Shown here one piece after another: positions 50,164 through 61,769 of a stretch of 64,000 bases of DNA. The notes under the pieces were generated by a model that saw only the letters and a list, made by a program, of their open reading frames with translations, was not told where the DNA came from and searched no databases. Within the stretch, counting starts at the first letter, position 1; every line of letters starts with the position of its first letter. Made by a program: the position numbers and the translations under genes. The DNA comes from an uncultured Gammaproteobacteria bacterium (GTDB lineage Bacteria > Pseudomonadota > Gammaproteobacteria > JABCZS01): positions 768,001 to 832,000 of the forward strand of contig CAWKDC010000001.1 of the NCBI GenBank assembly GCA_963848305.1, read 5' to 3'.

Positions 50164-52688
50164 AGGGTACGTACTACCTGAACCTTTTCATATACTTCAA
50201 TTTGATCGCCCGGCTTGATATCGTTATAATTTTTAACACCGATACCACATTCCATGCCTTGACGCACTTCTGACACGTCATCTTTAAAGCGGCGCAAGGA
50301 TTCCAATTGTCCTTCAAACACAACCACATTGTTGCGCAAGACACGGATTGGCAAATTGCGCTTGATCGTGCCATCGATGACCATACACCCGGCAATCGCG
50401 CCGAGTTTGGAGGAACGGAATACATCACGCACTTCAGCAAGACCCTGCGTTTCTTCTTTAAACTGCGGCAACAACATGCCGGTTAAAGATGCCTTCACAT
50501 GATCAATGATGTTGTAAATAATGCTGTAATAATGCAGCTCCACGCCTTCGTTCGATGCAATACGTTTTGCGCTCGCATCTGCACGGACGTTGAAACCCAC
50601 GAGCAATGCATTCGAAGCCAATGCCAATGTCACATCAGATTCGTTGATACCACCGACACCACTGCCGATGATTTTCACGCGAACCTCATCATTTGATAAT
50701 TTGGTTAAGGAATCTGTGATGGCTTCCACAGAACCTTGAACATCTGCTTTTAACACCACATTCAGCGTGCGCACATCGTCTTTGCCCATTTGTGTGAGCA
50801 GGCCTTCCATTTTCTGTTTGTGTTGCTTCGCAAATTTCAATTCACGGTGTTTGGCTTGGCGATACAATGCGACTTCGCGCGCTTTGCGTTCGTTATCAAC
50901 AACAAGCATGTCGTCACCAGCATTTGGCACACCTGACAGCCCTAAAATTTCAACTGGGGTTGAAGGACCGGCTGCCTCAAGTTGTTGCCCTGTTTCGTTA
51001 TACATGGCTCGCACACGACCATGTTGCAAGCCGACCAAAATAATATCGCCAGGATGCAACGTACCTTGTTGAACCAATACAGACGCAACCACCCCGCGGC
51101 CTTTATCCAGACGAGATTCAATCACCACACCTTTTGCGGGACCGTCAGGTGCGGCTTTCAATTCTAACACTTCTGCTTGAACCAAAATAGAATCGAGCAA
51201 CGCATCAACACCCATCCCTGTTTTTGCGGATACAGGCACAAACATGGTTTGACCGCCCCATTCTTCAGCGACCAAATCATGTGCGGTTAATGCTGTTTTA
51301 ATGGCTTCTGGATCTGCGCCGGGCTTATCCATTTTGTTAACGGCCACAATCAATGGCACATTGGCCGCTTTCGCATGTTGAATGGCTTCAATCGTTTGAG
51401 GCATCACGCCATCATCGGCAGCCACGACCAATACCACCACGTCTGTGCACAGCGCACCGCGTGCGCGCATGGAGGTGAAGGCAGCATGGCCTGGTGTATC
51501 GAGGAAAGTAATTTCGCCTTTCTCTGTGTGCACTTGATAGGCACCAATATGTTGCGTGATACCACCCGCTTCGCCCGCTGTCACGCGGGTGCGCCGAATA
51601 TAATCCAACAATGACGTTTTACCATGATCGACGTGACCCATGATAGTGACGACTGGCGCGCGTGGTTTCAATTCGCCTTGAGTGCGCGTGAATAAGCTGT
51701 CGGTCAACGCACTTTCCAGCGCATTTTCTTGAATCAAAATTGGTTTATGACCCATTTCTTCGACAACAATGGCCGCAATTTCTTGATCAAGCACTTGGTT
51801 AATCGTGGCAATTACCCCCAAACGCATCATGCATTTGATCACTTCAGAGGCCTTCACCGCCATGCGCTGCGCCAATTCTCCGACAACAATTGTTTGAGGA
51901 ATGTGCACGTCACGAATGATGGGGCCAGTTGGGATCGCAAAACCGTGTTGTTGCTGGTCTTGATTGGAACGGTGTGCTTTCGGTTTTCTACGGCGACGAC
52001 GTGGTGCGCCGCCTGCGCTATCTTCACCTTCTTCGTCGATGGCACCAAAATCAAAACGGCTTCCGCCTGAACGTCCGCCAGCAGGTTCCCCACGACGGAC
52101 TGCTTTGCCACCTTTCTTGTTGCTGCGATCAGCATCTTTATCAGAGCTGCCCACACTGGGCGCTTGAGGACGGGTTTCATTACGTCTTGGTTTCTTTTTG
52201 TTATCTGCTTGAGCTGATTCACTCGTAGGCTTAGGCGCGGACAGCGGTTTGTTGGGATCAAAGACAACTTCATGCGTTGCAATGGGCGCAACCACAGGCG
52301 ATTCTGATACAGCTGTTTCGACGACGACTTCTGCCGCTTCAACTGGGACTTCAGGTTCAGGTTGTTCAACAGGTGTTTCTGTTTTTAAAGTACCTGCTTG
52401 AACGTAGGTTTTTTTGCGGCGGTAGTCAACTTTGACTGAACGATTGCCTGTTTGCCCTTCGGTTTTCAAGCTCACGACTTCGCGCCGTTTCAAGGTAATG
52501 CGCCCGGTTTCAGAGGCTTGTTGACCCTTATTCGCCAGGTAATTCAGCAATTTTTGGCGATGATCTGCCGTTAAAGGCAACGCCGTATCAATCGCTGTAT
52601 CCTTCCCCAAAGCCTCTTGGAGCAGCTTCTTAAGCTCGTTGACAGGTCTATCAAGCTTCTTTGCCAGCTGTTCAATGGTTTCGGCCAT
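50160..52688 (-). CDS. infB: Translation initiation factor IF-2
   Basis: [26 protein letters not shown]. Confidence 0.98.
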   Translation of the reverse strand: MAETIEQLAKKLDRPVNELKKLLQEALGKDTAIDTALPLTADHRQKLLNYLANKGQQASETGRITLKRREVVSLKTEGQTGNRSVKVDYRRKKTYVQAGTLKTETPVEQPEPEVPVEAAEVVVETAVSESPVVAPIATHEVVFDPNKPLSAPKPTSESAQADNKKKPRRNETRPQAPSVGSSDKDADRSNKKGGKAVRRGEPAGGRSGGSRFDFGAIDEEGEDSAGGAPRRRRRKPKAHRSNQDQQQHGFAIPTGPIIRDVHIPQTIVVGELAQRMAVKASEVIKCMMRLGVIATINQVLDQEIAAIVVEEMGHKPILIQENALESALTDSLFTRTQGELKPRAPVVTIMGHVDHGKTSLLDYIRRTRVTAGEAGGITQHIGAYQVHTEKGEITFLDTPGHAAFTSMRARGALCTDVVVLVVAADDGVMPQTIEAIQHAKAANVPLIVAVNKMDKPGADPEAIKTALTAHDLVAEEWGGQTMFVPVSAKTGMGVDALLDSILVQAEVLELKAAPDGPAKGVVIESRLDKGRGVVASVLVQQGTLHPGDIILVGLQHGRVRAMYNETGQQLEAAGPSTPVEILGLSGVPNAGDDMLVVDNERKAREVALYRQAKHRELKFAKQHKQKMEGLLTQMGKDDVRTLNVVLKADVQGSVEAITDSLTKLSNDEVRVKIIGSGVGGINESDVTLALASNALLVGFNVRADASAKRIASNEGVELHYYSIIYNIIDHVKASLTGMLLPQFKEETQGLAEVRDVFRSSKLGAIAGCMVIDGTIKRNLPIRVLRNNVVVFEGQLESLRRFKDDVSEVRQGMECGIGVKNYNDIKPGDQIEVYEKVQVVRTL

Positions 52689-52716
52689 TATCTCTCCTTA
52701 AAACACGCGATCGTCA

Positions 52717-54198
52717 TTACTCAAACCATGGCTTGCGCGCAGCCATGATCAGACGTCCTGCAGTCGCTTCATCCAGGCTTGGATCAATATCCAGTAAATC
52801 GCCAGTAGAGAGCTCTGCCAAATCTTCCTGTGAATGAACGCCGTTCTTGTTAAGCTTTTCTGCCAACTCGGCTGTCATCCCTTCGACACTGTTCAATTCC
52901 CCTGCCACAGGTGCCTTGCTTTCATTCGCAATGGCTTCCGATAACAGCACATCTTTTGCGCGGTTACGCAGGAGTTCAACCAAATCTTCATCAAACCCTT
53001 CAATCGCCAACATTTCATGGCGAGGAACGTAAGCGATTTCTTCGATTGACGTGAAACCTTCTTCAACCAACGCTTGAGCCAAGCTTTCATCGACATCTAA
53101 TTTGTCGACAAATGTTTGAATCAATTGTGTGGATTCAATTTGTGTCTTGTCTTGTGCTTGTGATTCAGTCATGACGTTGATGCGCCAGCCCGTGAGCTCA
53201 GAAGCCAAGCGAACATTTTGACCATTGCGACCAATCGCTTGGGCATACTGTTCTTCTTTCACAGCAACATCCATCGCGTGCAATTCTTCATCCACCACAA
53301 TCGAGACGACTTCAGCAGGGGCCATGGCGTTAATCACAAATTGAACAGGATCATCGTCAAACACAACAATATCTATGCGCTCGCCGCCCAGTTCGCCAGA
53401 CACGGCTTGCACGCGTGAACCACGCATACCGACACAAGCACCGACGGGATCAATGCGCCCATCATTGGTTTTGACAGCAATCTTGGCGCGTGAACCTGGG
53501 TCACGAGCAACACTCTTGATTTCAATCAGTTCTTCGCCAATTTCAGGCACTTCAATTTTGAACAGCTCACGCACCATCTCGGGATGTGCACGACTCAGCA
53601 ACAATTGTGGGCCGCGTGGTTCGGGATTTACACCGACTAAGTAAGCACGCAGGCGATCATTCATGCGGAATGATTCACGGGGAATCATGTCTTCGCGGTG
53701 AATAATGCCTTCAACGTTGCCGCCCAAATCCACAATGATAAAATCTCTGTTTGCTTTTTTAACCACACCCGTCACGAGCTGGCCAACACGGTTCTGGAAA
53801 GCAGAAGCCACTTTGGCACGTTCCGCTTCGCGCACTTTTTGAATGATCACTTGTTTGGCAGTTTGTGCTGCAATGCGGCCAAACTCAGCGGATTCCATCG
53901 GGGTTTCGATAACATCCCCAACCGTTGCATCTGATTTTTTTTCTTTTGCTTCGGTGAGCGTGATTTGGAAGGCAGGATTAAAGTCCTCTTCTTCATCATC
54001 CACCACTGTCCAACGACGGACAGTACTGATTTTACCAGTGCGACGATCAATTGTGACCACCAAATCCGCATCAGCATCAACACGTTTACGCGTGGCCATG
54101 ACCAATGCGGCCTCAATGGCTTCAAAAATAATCTCTTTGTCCACATCCAGTTCATTAGACACTGCATCTGCTACGAGTAAAATTTCTTTTTCCATCAC
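52717..54198 (-). CDS. nusA: Transcription factor NusA
   Basis: [39 protein letters not shown]. Confidence 0.98.
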   Translation of the reverse strand: MMEKEILLVADAVSNELDVDKEIIFEAIEAALVMATRKRVDADADLVVTIDRRTGKISTVRRWTVVDDEEEDFNPAFQITLTEAKEKKSDATVGDVIETPMESAEFGRIAAQTAKQVIIQKVREAERAKVASAFQNRVGQLVTGVVKKANRDFIIVDLGGNVEGIIHREDMIPRESFRMNDRLRAYLVGVNPEPRGPQLLLSRAHPEMVRELFKIEVPEIGEELIEIKSVARDPGSRAKIAVKTNDGRIDPVGACVGMRGSRVQAVSGELGGERIDIVVFDDDPVQFVINAMAPAEVVSIVVDEELHAMDVAVKEEQYAQAIGRNGQNVRLASELTGWRINVMTESQAQDKTQIESTQLIQTFVDKLDVDESLAQALVEEGFTSIEEIAYVPRHEMLAIEGFDEDLVELLRNRAKDVLLSEAIANESKAPVAGELNSVEGMTAELAEKLNKNGVHSQEDLAELSTGDLLDIDPSLDEATAGRLIMAARKPWFE

Positions 54199-54210
54199 GA
54201 AGCCTCATTA

Positions 54211-54669
54211 CTATCGATCGAATAACACGGGTGCCAGTTTTGCTTTCGACACTTGTTTGTGTTCAAAAGCAACATCTTGCCCATCTATCTCTACTGTGAT
54301 CACATCGGCTACTACCGATTTGATCACGCCCGTTCCACGACGGCGGCCATCCACTGGCATGCGTAATTCAAATTTGATACGCTTGCCAACATACTTTTCA
54401 AAATCTTCGCGTGTAAACAGCGGGCGATCAAGCCCGGGCGAAGACACTTCGAGATGACACGATCCCATGTCAACTCCTGCCACAGCGAGTTCTGCTTGAA
54501 CTTGCCGCGACGCTTTTGCAAGATCATCCAATGTGATGCCACCTGCTTTATCAAGGAATAAACACAGGCTCTCTGTGCTGCCATGCTGACCCCACTGTAC
54601 CCCGACAAACTCCAAGGATAAACCTTCGACTATCGGCTTCAGCAGTCTCTCAACCTCAGAGCGCTGCAT
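54211..54669 (-). CDS. rimP: Ribosome maturation factor RimP
   Basis: LEVSSPGLDRPL. Confidence 0.95.
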   Translation of the reverse strand: MQRSEVERLLKPIVEGLSLEFVGVQWGQHGSTESLCLFLDKAGGITLDDLAKASRQVQAELAVAGVDMGSCHLEVSSPGLDRPLFTREDFEKYVGKRIKFELRMPVDGRRRGTGVIKSVVADVITVEIDGQDVAFEHKQVSKAKLAPVLFDR

Positions 54670-54683
54670 GACATCCTCCTAAC

Positions 54684-54704
54684 AAAAAAGGGCCATGTGG
54701 CCCT
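54684..54704 (-). terminator. Terminator between the tRNA and rimP
   Basis: Minus strand AGGGCCA-CA-TGGCCC-TTTTTT. Confidence 0.7.
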
Positions 54705-54726
54705 GCTTTGGTTGCGTTCCTTAAAT

Positions 54727-54803
<77 letters not shown>

Positions 54804-54814
54804 ATCGTCTGGCC

Positions 54815-54843
54815 AGTATACATAACAAATGGGAAATAGTCAA
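54815..54843 (-). promoter_or_regulatory. Sigma70 promoter of the tRNA-fMet/rimP operon
   Basis: TTGACT-17 nt-TATACT. Confidence 0.75.
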
Positions 54844-54900
54844 AAACATTCTGACTGAAATATTCTATATCTCTTGCATCCTCAATTATTAGAGATATAA

Positions 54901-55569
54901 CTAACCTTCTTGGAGGAACGCTGACCCTGCAAGCCAGGTTCTTTCGGGATAATAGGCGAACACCAATGTGCCGCCTTTAATAGTATTAATCAAAGACTTA
55001 TTGATGCTGGGATCAACCACAGGACAGCCGTGGCTCACGCCCAAACGACCCTCACGACGCAACCATTGATCCGTCACGTAATCGCCACCATGGATCACAA
55101 TCCCGCGCGCCCGGGCATGGTGATTCACATTCTCTTCAAGACCATCTAAACGCAACGCATAGCCGTGTTGGCCATAATAGCTTTCAGCAGTCTTGAACAA
55201 GCCCAAGCTTGATTGCAGGCTTTCTGGACGATTTGAAAATTGTTTGGCATACACTTGGCCACTGTTTTTACCATGTGACACCAATTCCTCAAATAACACT
55301 TTATTGCGTTCCAAGTCGATGACCCACATACGGGGCTTATTGGAAGGCATGCTGTAATCGATAATGGTGAAAATAGGGCTGTTGGTCACGCCAGCGGCCT
55401 CGGCATTATAATAGGCTACCAACGCCTTCTTCAGCACGGTTTTGTCTAAGTATTTGGTTTGAGACAATATTTTACGGTTTGGATCTTGGAAAATGCCAAA
55501 CGCCATGGCTGAATTCAAGAATGACATCATGAAGATCATGATGAGGGTGCGGGTCATGAGCCTATACAT
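54901..55569 (-). CDS. Murein L,D-transpeptidase catalytic domain (YkuD_2) protein
   Basis: IIDYSMPS, VSHGKNSG, SSLG, IVIHG...GVSHGCP. Confidence 0.88.
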   Translation of the reverse strand: MYRLMTRTLIMIFMMSFLNSAMAFGIFQDPNRKILSQTKYLDKTVLKKALVAYYNAEAAGVTNSPIFTIIDYSMPSNKPRMWVIDLERNKVLFEELVSHGKNSGQVYAKQFSNRPESLQSSLGLFKTAESYYGQHGYALRLDGLEENVNHHARARGIVIHGGDYVTDQWLRREGRLGVSHGCPVVDPSINKSLINTIKGGTLVFAYYPERTWLAGSAFLQEG

Positions 55570-55700
55570 ACGGGGCCTCTCTTTGTGTGTTATTCCTTAA
55601 CCTATTGATAAATGAGTTAAATTTGACTGCAATAGGTTTATTTTACACCGAAATGGAGGAAATTGCAAGTTTTAGTTATCCATATGATTTAATTTTGGGG

Positions 55701-56660
55701 CTAAAATGGCTTAAACTCTTTGTTGGGTATTCCATCCTGCTGCTGCGTCCCTGACTTCAAAACGCTTCTGCCCGCAAAATATGCCGTGATACCCGAGCTT
55801 ACTGCCAATGCACCGTACACAACCCCTGTCTCGAGTGACTGCCCTGCTTCAGTCGTCATGTGCAACGTATAAAGGGCGCCAACACAAAGGCTCAGCAGAC
55901 CCAAGCTGAGGATAGTGCTACCTACTTGACGGTAGCCCATGTATGAGATTTTCTGACCCTCTTCGCCCCCTGTTATTGAAGACTTATCTCTATCGTAAGA
56001 CAACCCGTAGACCAGCGCTCCAATCGCCGACACCATTATCCCTGCTGCCAAGAATGCATGGTTATCTGCGCCACCATTGAAGGTGAAATCGGGCTGTTCA
56101 TTCAAGGCAAATGCGGCTGCAAAAGACAAGACGACCAAGGCCGCCATCGTTCGGCGGGCATACAAAGGGTTCCCCTCATCCACATTCACATCCCATAACT
56201 CTTTGTCACTCTTTGACTTCACAGCTGCGACGCTCGCCAACAATAACAGGGCCGTCATATAGCCCTCGAGGCCAATCAGCACGTCATTATCTCCACGTTC
56301 AAGGTGTGCAGTCAGATGAAAGGCTAAAATAATGCATGTTAAAGCAAGCGCAAAACGCTTAAGCATAAGAACGGTATCATTAAAATCCTGCTCCTTTTTG
56401 AGCAGCGCTGGACGCGTTGCCAAACCAAGGCCTATCGCAGCGATACAATAAGTCAGGATGGCGATCATGAACATGCCATCTCGTTCACGTTGATGGTCTT
56501 GATCCCAGATATCAATGACGTCCGCCCCATCAGCCAGGATAACGCCAAAGGCAGCGAGACCGGAAAGAAAGGCAAGGATAGCAGCGATATGATACCGGCC
56601 GTTCAATTCATTTGTCGCGTCTACCGCTGTTTTGACTGCATTTGATGAAGTTGTCATCAT
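55701..56660 (-). CDS. Hypothetical polytopic membrane protein
   Basis: About 8 hydrophobic segments; AGGAGG RBS. Confidence 0.65.
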   Translation of the reverse strand: MMTTSSNAVKTAVDATNELNGRYHIAAILAFLSGLAAFGVILADGADVIDIWDQDHQRERDGMFMIAILTYCIAAIGLGLATRPALLKKEQDFNDTVLMLKRFALALTCIILAFHLTAHLERGDNDVLIGLEGYMTALLLLASVAAVKSKSDKELWDVNVDEGNPLYARRTMAALVVLSFAAAFALNEQPDFTFNGGADNHAFLAAGIMVSAIGALVYGLSYDRDKSSITGGEEGQKISYMGYRQVGSTILSLGLLSLCVGALYTLHMTTEAGQSLETGVVYGALAVSSGITAYFAGRSVLKSGTQQQDGIPNKEFKPF

Positions 56661-56700
56661 ATCCTCCTACTGCTCACCGCCATTCTACCAGCTTTTCCCA

Positions 56701-57477
56701 TCAAATCAAACATAGTTTGTCAACAAAATAGGCTCGTCGACGACCCATCAATACGTTAGTGACAAACATGTCCTCCGCATCGACACAGTCTTGAAGGGTG
56801 ATAGAGGCTTCTCGAACCGGTTGGCCGGCCTGTTGGGCTTCTGCCATCACTTGGGCACGCATGATGCCAGGCAAGGCACCGTCTGAAATAGGCGGCGTCG
56901 TCAGCACACCTTGTTTCACAATGAAAATATTGGCCATACTCGTGCCGGCCACATGCCCTTGACTATTCAACAATAAGGCATCATCCGCGCCATGTTGCAC
57001 CGCTTGCATTCTGCCCAGGATATTATCACCATAAGACAAGGATTTCATGCGTGAAAGTGGTGAAGATTCATTCCGTCGAATCGATGTTACCCACAATATC
57101 CAGGGTTTATCGGGCGGCATGTCATAAGGTTCAACCGTGATCATGAGGGTGGGTGATAGGGATGCCGGCGGTAATAAACCCCGCGGCCCGGGACCACGCG
57201 AAAGCGTCAAGCGTGCCACCGCATTCGCCGTTTTGATGTGATTGAGTGATAATAATCGAGCGATAATCGGTTGAACCTGCTCCGCCATGAGCATGAATGG
57301 TATCTCGAGTTGCGCCGCACCAGTGCTTAATCTGTCCATATGTTGCGGCAGATAAAGCACTTGTTGATCTGTGATCGCCATTGTTTCAAACAATCCATCA
57401 CCCAATAACAGCCCGCGATCAGTGTGAAAAATGCTCGGTATTGCGTCTTGCTGAAAAGTGCCGTTAATATAAAGCAT
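56701..57477 (-). CDS. Aminotransferase class IV (PabC/IlvE-like)
   Basis: DRGLLLGDGLFET, KSLSY, GALPGIMR. Confidence 0.88.
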   Translation of the reverse strand: MLYINGTFQQDAIPSIFHTDRGLLLGDGLFETMAITDQQVLYLPQHMDRLSTGAAQLEIPFMLMAEQVQPIIARLLSLNHIKTANAVARLTLSRGPGPRGLLPPASLSPTLMITVEPYDMPPDKPWILWVTSIRRNESSPLSRMKSLSYGDNILGRMQAVQHGADDALLLNSQGHVAGTSMANIFIVKQGVLTTPPISDGALPGIMRAQVMAEAQQAGQPVREASITLQDCVDAEDMFVTNVLMGRRRAYFVDKLCLI

Positions 57478-57480
57478 ACC

Positions 57481-59649
57481 TCACAACCCATATCCATATT
57501 GATAACGATATCCTGGCTCCACTAACACTTCTCGCGCACGCCCACGACTCAGCGCCTGGATCCAATCCAAATCGCTGCCCACGAAATGAGTGGGTTTATT
57601 TTGGAAAGTAGCGGATTGCTCAACACGTGTCGGCCACGCCATGGGCAAGCGTCCTTCAAAGGTGAGTCCATTGTTCGCAAACAACAAATCAACCACGGCA
57701 GGACCACCTTGACTACCCGGTAAAAAGCCTGCAACAAATGCATCGCTGTGATTCAGCGCATCCACGACCAAGGGCCGCCCTGAAAAAAACACAGTGACAA
57801 CATCATACCCTTGTGCTTTTAAGTCTCGCACCAATTGTTCATTTTGCGCATAGCTTGCCCGAATCGTCGCATATTCAATTGTTTGATGACCACCAAGTGC
57901 ATCACCCACATGAATGTCACCATACCATTCTGCATACGGATGTTCGCCCATCACCACCAGTGCAGTTTTTGCTTTCGATGAACAATCGTTGATCGGGTTG
58001 CTGTATTCACAGATAGCAATGCCTTGCATTTTAAGCGCATCCAATACCGTGACGGTTTGAGGGTAATCTGCTTTATTATTCTCCGCATTCGATGCACCAC
58101 GTTCCAACCCTTGCCAATAAAGACCCCAGCCGCCATTTTGCATTTGCGGACTGTCTATAGCATTACCTGCGACAAGCAGCGGCGTTGCTGTGCTGATATT
58201 GCTGAGTGGTAATGCTTGCTGTTCATTCTTCATCAGCACCATTGATTTTTGCGCGAGTGATTTAGCCAGCGCCGTCCACTTGTCCAAAGAAATTTCTGCC
58301 TGAGAAACATTTGCATATCCAAAAGCACGGTACGTTTCAGAAGGAAGCAATGTTTGCGAAAACAAACCCAATCGGTATTTCACGCGCAAAATACGACGCA
58401 CTGCATCATTGATGCGCGCCTCATGGATCCTGCCGCTCTTCACATGTTCAATCGTGTTATGGAAAAAATCCTGCCAACCGCCAGGTGTGACATAACTCAA
58501 CATGAACATGTCTACACCAGCCTCGATGGCTTCGGGACAATCCCTCACAGAACAACCTGGCACTTCATCAATCGCATCCCAATCGGTGACAACAATGCCA
58601 TCAAATTTCAAACGATCTTTCAACACGTTTTGGATGAGATATTTGTCCGCATGCAATGCGCCATTTTCCCAAGCATTGAAAGAAATCATAACACTGAGCG
58701 CGCCCGCTTCAATGCCGGAAAAATAGCCGGGCGCATGCACATTACGCAACATGTCTTCGCTATATTCGTTGATGCCGCGATCAGTGCGCTTCAACGTAAA
58801 GCGCGTGTCTGTTGGATCAAACCCTTTGTCTATCGCCAATGTCGCATGACCCGTACCCGTGGTTGTACCGCCATCACCCACGAAATGTTTCAGCGTCGCT
58901 GCGATGCGTTGAGGATGACCGTGATCAAACCACGGCGCTTGAATACCAGCGACAGCATAGGGCGCAGCCTCATATTGAATGACAGGATTACTGGAAAGAC
59001 TTTCATACGTGCGACCCCAATGCGTATTACGCGCCACGCTGACAGCCGGTCCAAATATTTGACGAAACCCTTGCAACGCCACTTGTTCACGTGTCGCGAA
59101 TTGCATCGCTTCATACAGTCTGACATTCTCGAGATTGCCGACCAACGCTGCGCCAATACCAATATTGTGAGGAAAAAGCGTCGCCCCATAAATTGCGCCT
59201 GCACCATGCATCGCATCAGTCCCCCAAAGCACGGGAATAGGCGTAGCATCGTTCTGCCAATGGGATGATTTCAAAGCATTCCAATAAAAATCCGCAAGCT
59301 CGCCCCAGCAAGCAAGACTCAGGTATGTTGATCGCCTGCACGACAGTGATACAGAAGACCAAAGATTATAAAAAACAGCTTGGCCACCGCCATGCAACAT
59401 CGCCCCTACTTTATATTGCTGTGCTTCCTCCAGCGAGAGCCCGTTATGCTCGATCATCAGCATTTGACCCACTTTTTCTTCGAGCGACATGGCGCTTAGG
59501 CGTGCTTCCACAAATTGCGCTTCAATAGGATCCACTGGTTTAGCAGGTAAATCCGGCCAAGTGTTCTGCCAAGTTAAGGAGGCTGAGCCTTGAATGGAGG
59601 TACAGCCCAACAGGGCAAATATCAACGCAATCTTGGGGAAATATGACAT
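57481..59649 (-). CDS. GH3 beta-glucosidase/exo-glucanase, exported (possible lipoprotein)
   Basis: LEEKVGQM, DAMHG, FPHNIG, WGRTYES, KHFVGDG, TDW nucleophile; N-terminal LLGC. Confidence 0.92.
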   Translation of the reverse strand: MSYFPKIALIFALLGCTSIQGSASLTWQNTWPDLPAKPVDPIEAQFVEARLSAMSLEEKVGQMLMIEHNGLSLEEAQQYKVGAMLHGGGQAVFYNLWSSVSLSCRRSTYLSLACWGELADFYWNALKSSHWQNDATPIPVLWGTDAMHGAGAIYGATLFPHNIGIGAALVGNLENVRLYEAMQFATREQVALQGFRQIFGPAVSVARNTHWGRTYESLSSNPVIQYEAAPYAVAGIQAPWFDHGHPQRIAATLKHFVGDGGTTTGTGHATLAIDKGFDPTDTRFTLKRTDRGINEYSEDMLRNVHAPGYFSGIEAGALSVMISFNAWENGALHADKYLIQNVLKDRLKFDGIVVTDWDAIDEVPGCSVRDCPEAIEAGVDMFMLSYVTPGGWQDFFHNTIEHVKSGRIHEARINDAVRRILRVKYRLGLFSQTLLPSETYRAFGYANVSQAEISLDKWTALAKSLAQKSMVLMKNEQQALPLSNISTATPLLVAGNAIDSPQMQNGGWGLYWQGLERGASNAENNKADYPQTVTVLDALKMQGIAICEYSNPINDCSSKAKTALVVMGEHPYAEWYGDIHVGDALGGHQTIEYATIRASYAQNEQLVRDLKAQGYDVVTVFFSGRPLVVDALNHSDAFVAGFLPGSQGGPAVVDLLFANNGLTFEGRLPMAWPTRVEQSATFQNKPTHFVGSDLDWIQALSRGRAREVLVEPGYRYQYGYGL

Positions 59650-59771
59650 GCAAGGCTCCTTTATCTAGGGTGAGACATTGTAGCGTAGATAAGTGGTAGA
59701 TGGCGAACGAGTTGTTTCTTTAGCCAACTGTATGGTATATTGATGGCTTAAATAAAGATGGTCCACGCATC

Positions 59772-61511
59772 ATGAAGCATTTCAAACAAATAGACAACAA
59801 AATCGCTCAAACCACCCTATTCAGGGCTGTCACTACTGATGGCAAGAAATTTGAAATATCGCTTTCCAATGGCACGCCACGAAAACCCGGTTCATTCATA
59901 CTCACTGTACAAATCCCAGGGGATAGTGTGAAAACTTGCCAAGTGGTATTAAACCCATTGAAAGCAAATGACCCCAATGTGGTACAAATCAATCTTGTCA
60001 ATGAACTGCTCCGTAGTCTTCATGCAGAGAGCAACGAGAACGATGTCGAGATTGCCAAAGAGATTCAAGAGATTATTCAATCTTTCTGTCAACAACATCA
60101 ACACGGTAGAGAGCATGCCCAAAAAATCGCCACACACATTGGCCCGACCTTATACATTCGTCCAAAAACATTGTTCATCGAAAGGGATGAACCTACCGAA
60201 ACAAAAACCGTGTATAAAATTGAACCCATGACACAAGCATTGAGCGCCAAATATTTGCACTTATTCGATGCGGCAGCGTCTGGCAATCTAATGCTGTTAT
60301 ACACTATGCTTTCCCGCCGAGAAAACGATCTGATGACCATTGAAAAAGCAGTCAGAGATAATATCATTCGATATGTGAATATGAATCCTTGCGCGCTCAG
60401 TAACAGTGACATGATAGCTGTATTGAGAATGTTGATACATCATCAAGCGGATTATAGTCAGTTTTTAATTACCTTAAAACCAAATCGTCCTCTCATACAA
60501 AAATTGCTTGCTGCAGGCGCAGACATTAACCTGATCGTGGGTGGACAAACGATGATGAGTCAAAGCATCTTGATCCAGTCGACGGATCATTTCGCATTTC
60601 TCTTTCAAAATGGTGCCAATATCAATATTGCAAACACCTCTAACGGATTTGGCACGCCATTGCATATTAGTGCCGCAAATGAATTATTTAATATGTGCAT
60701 TCAACTCATCGACATGGCCAAAACATCAAAATATCCCTGCGATTTTTCAATGAAAGATGGTGAAGGAAAAACAGTGTTAATCATTGCAGCTAAAACGCTC
60801 TCACTCGTACTGATCGAAAAAATCTTGGCTGAAGACAAGTCCTGCGTTAACTTGGCTGACAACGAAGGCAGAACTGCGTTGCATTTTGCTTGTGCTTTGG
60901 GACAAGCGGCCATTGTGAAAGCACTGATCAAAGCGGGAGCAGACGTCAATGCGAAAGATAAAAAAGGCAATACGCCCATGCACTATGCGACTTTTGGTCT
61001 GCCTGTTGTGAAAGCAATTTTAGCTTCCATTTCGATTGATCCGGATCGTGATCAATGTGCGTTGAGAAATGCCATCCCCACCAGTGAAACACAAGTGATC
61101 ACCCTTCGAAAATCACTGGCCGAAGAAAGTGACTCTCTAGTCAAATTCACTCAATTTCCTAAAATGAGCACGAACACCTCTCTTTTCGGTGAATTATTAT
61201 GGTGTCGTCAGAATCAAGCCTCTGTATCATCCATCTTCAGCATGCAGCCAGCGCTCCGAGATGCCATTCTCAGCAGAATGACCGGTAAGAGCGTTGCTGA
61301 AGCATGTTTCGAAGGACACACAAAGGTGATTTCATTATTGATCATGGCTGACGCGGATATGCACCTCAGAAATGATGCGGGTAAAAAACCGGAGATTGTG
61401 CCGTCTTCATGGCTGCAAACATACCCTACATCACCAATGCCAGACGCACTTGAAAACGGCGAGCCGACAGGCAAGATTAAATTTTATGATCCAGATCCTA
61501 GGGGCTGTTGA
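59772..61511 (+). CDS. Ankyrin-repeat protein whose 3' end was replaced by a transposon insertion
   Basis: [26 protein letters not shown] repeats; the stop codon comes from the inserted terminal repeat. Confidence 0.85.
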   Translation: MKHFKQIDNKIAQTTLFRAVTTDGKKFEISLSNGTPRKPGSFILTVQIPGDSVKTCQVVLNPLKANDPNVVQINLVNELLRSLHAESNENDVEIAKEIQEIIQSFCQQHQHGREHAQKIATHIGPTLYIRPKTLFIERDEPTETKTVYKIEPMTQALSAKYLHLFDAAASGNLMLLYTMLSRRENDLMTIEKAVRDNIIRYVNMNPCALSNSDMIAVLRMLIHHQADYSQFLITLKPNRPLIQKLLAAGADINLIVGGQTMMSQSILIQSTDHFAFLFQNGANINIANTSNGFGTPLHISAANELFNMCIQLIDMAKTSKYPCDFSMKDGEGKTVLIIAAKTLSLVLIEKILAEDKSCVNLADNEGRTALHFACALGQAAIVKALIKAGADVNAKDKKGNTPMHYATFGLPVVKAILASISIDPDRDQCALRNAIPTSETQVITLRKSLAEESDSLVKFTQFPKMSTNTSLFGELLWCRQNQASVSSIFSMQPALRDAILSRMTGKSVAEACFEGHTKVISLLIMADADMHLRNDAGKKPEIVPSSWLQTYPTSPMPDALENGEPTGKIKFYDPDPRGC

Positions 61512-61515
61512 CATT

Positions 61516-61660
61516 TCACATAGACAACCACATGATGCAACAAAACTGGGACGGATGATTTCTTTCGAATGAGTTCCCTAATCTCCTCGCAATCATACCC
61601 TTTGTCTGCAATCGTGAAATGTGACACTGGCAGTTTCTCAATAAATTCGGGGGCAATTAC
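61516..61660 (-). pseudogene. IS5-family DDE transposase remnant
   Basis: IADKGYDCEEIRELIRKKSSVPV, then a deletion, then a C-terminal CCIMWLSM* abutting the terminal repeat. Confidence 0.8.
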
Positions 61661-61769
61661 AGGTAAATACATCAGTGTCTTGCCAACACCACGAACTGTT
61701 AAACTGGTTCATTAACCATTGTGGGAATAAAACCCTTGCAGCTTGCGCAATCGGTTTGCTTCAGGAGCG

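Noticed and set aside
58354-59268. 304-aa plus-strand ORF, and similar long antisense ORFs in gyrA, infB, nusA and rpsA
   Set aside because: Shadow frames opposite well-supported genes; no RBS or motifs.
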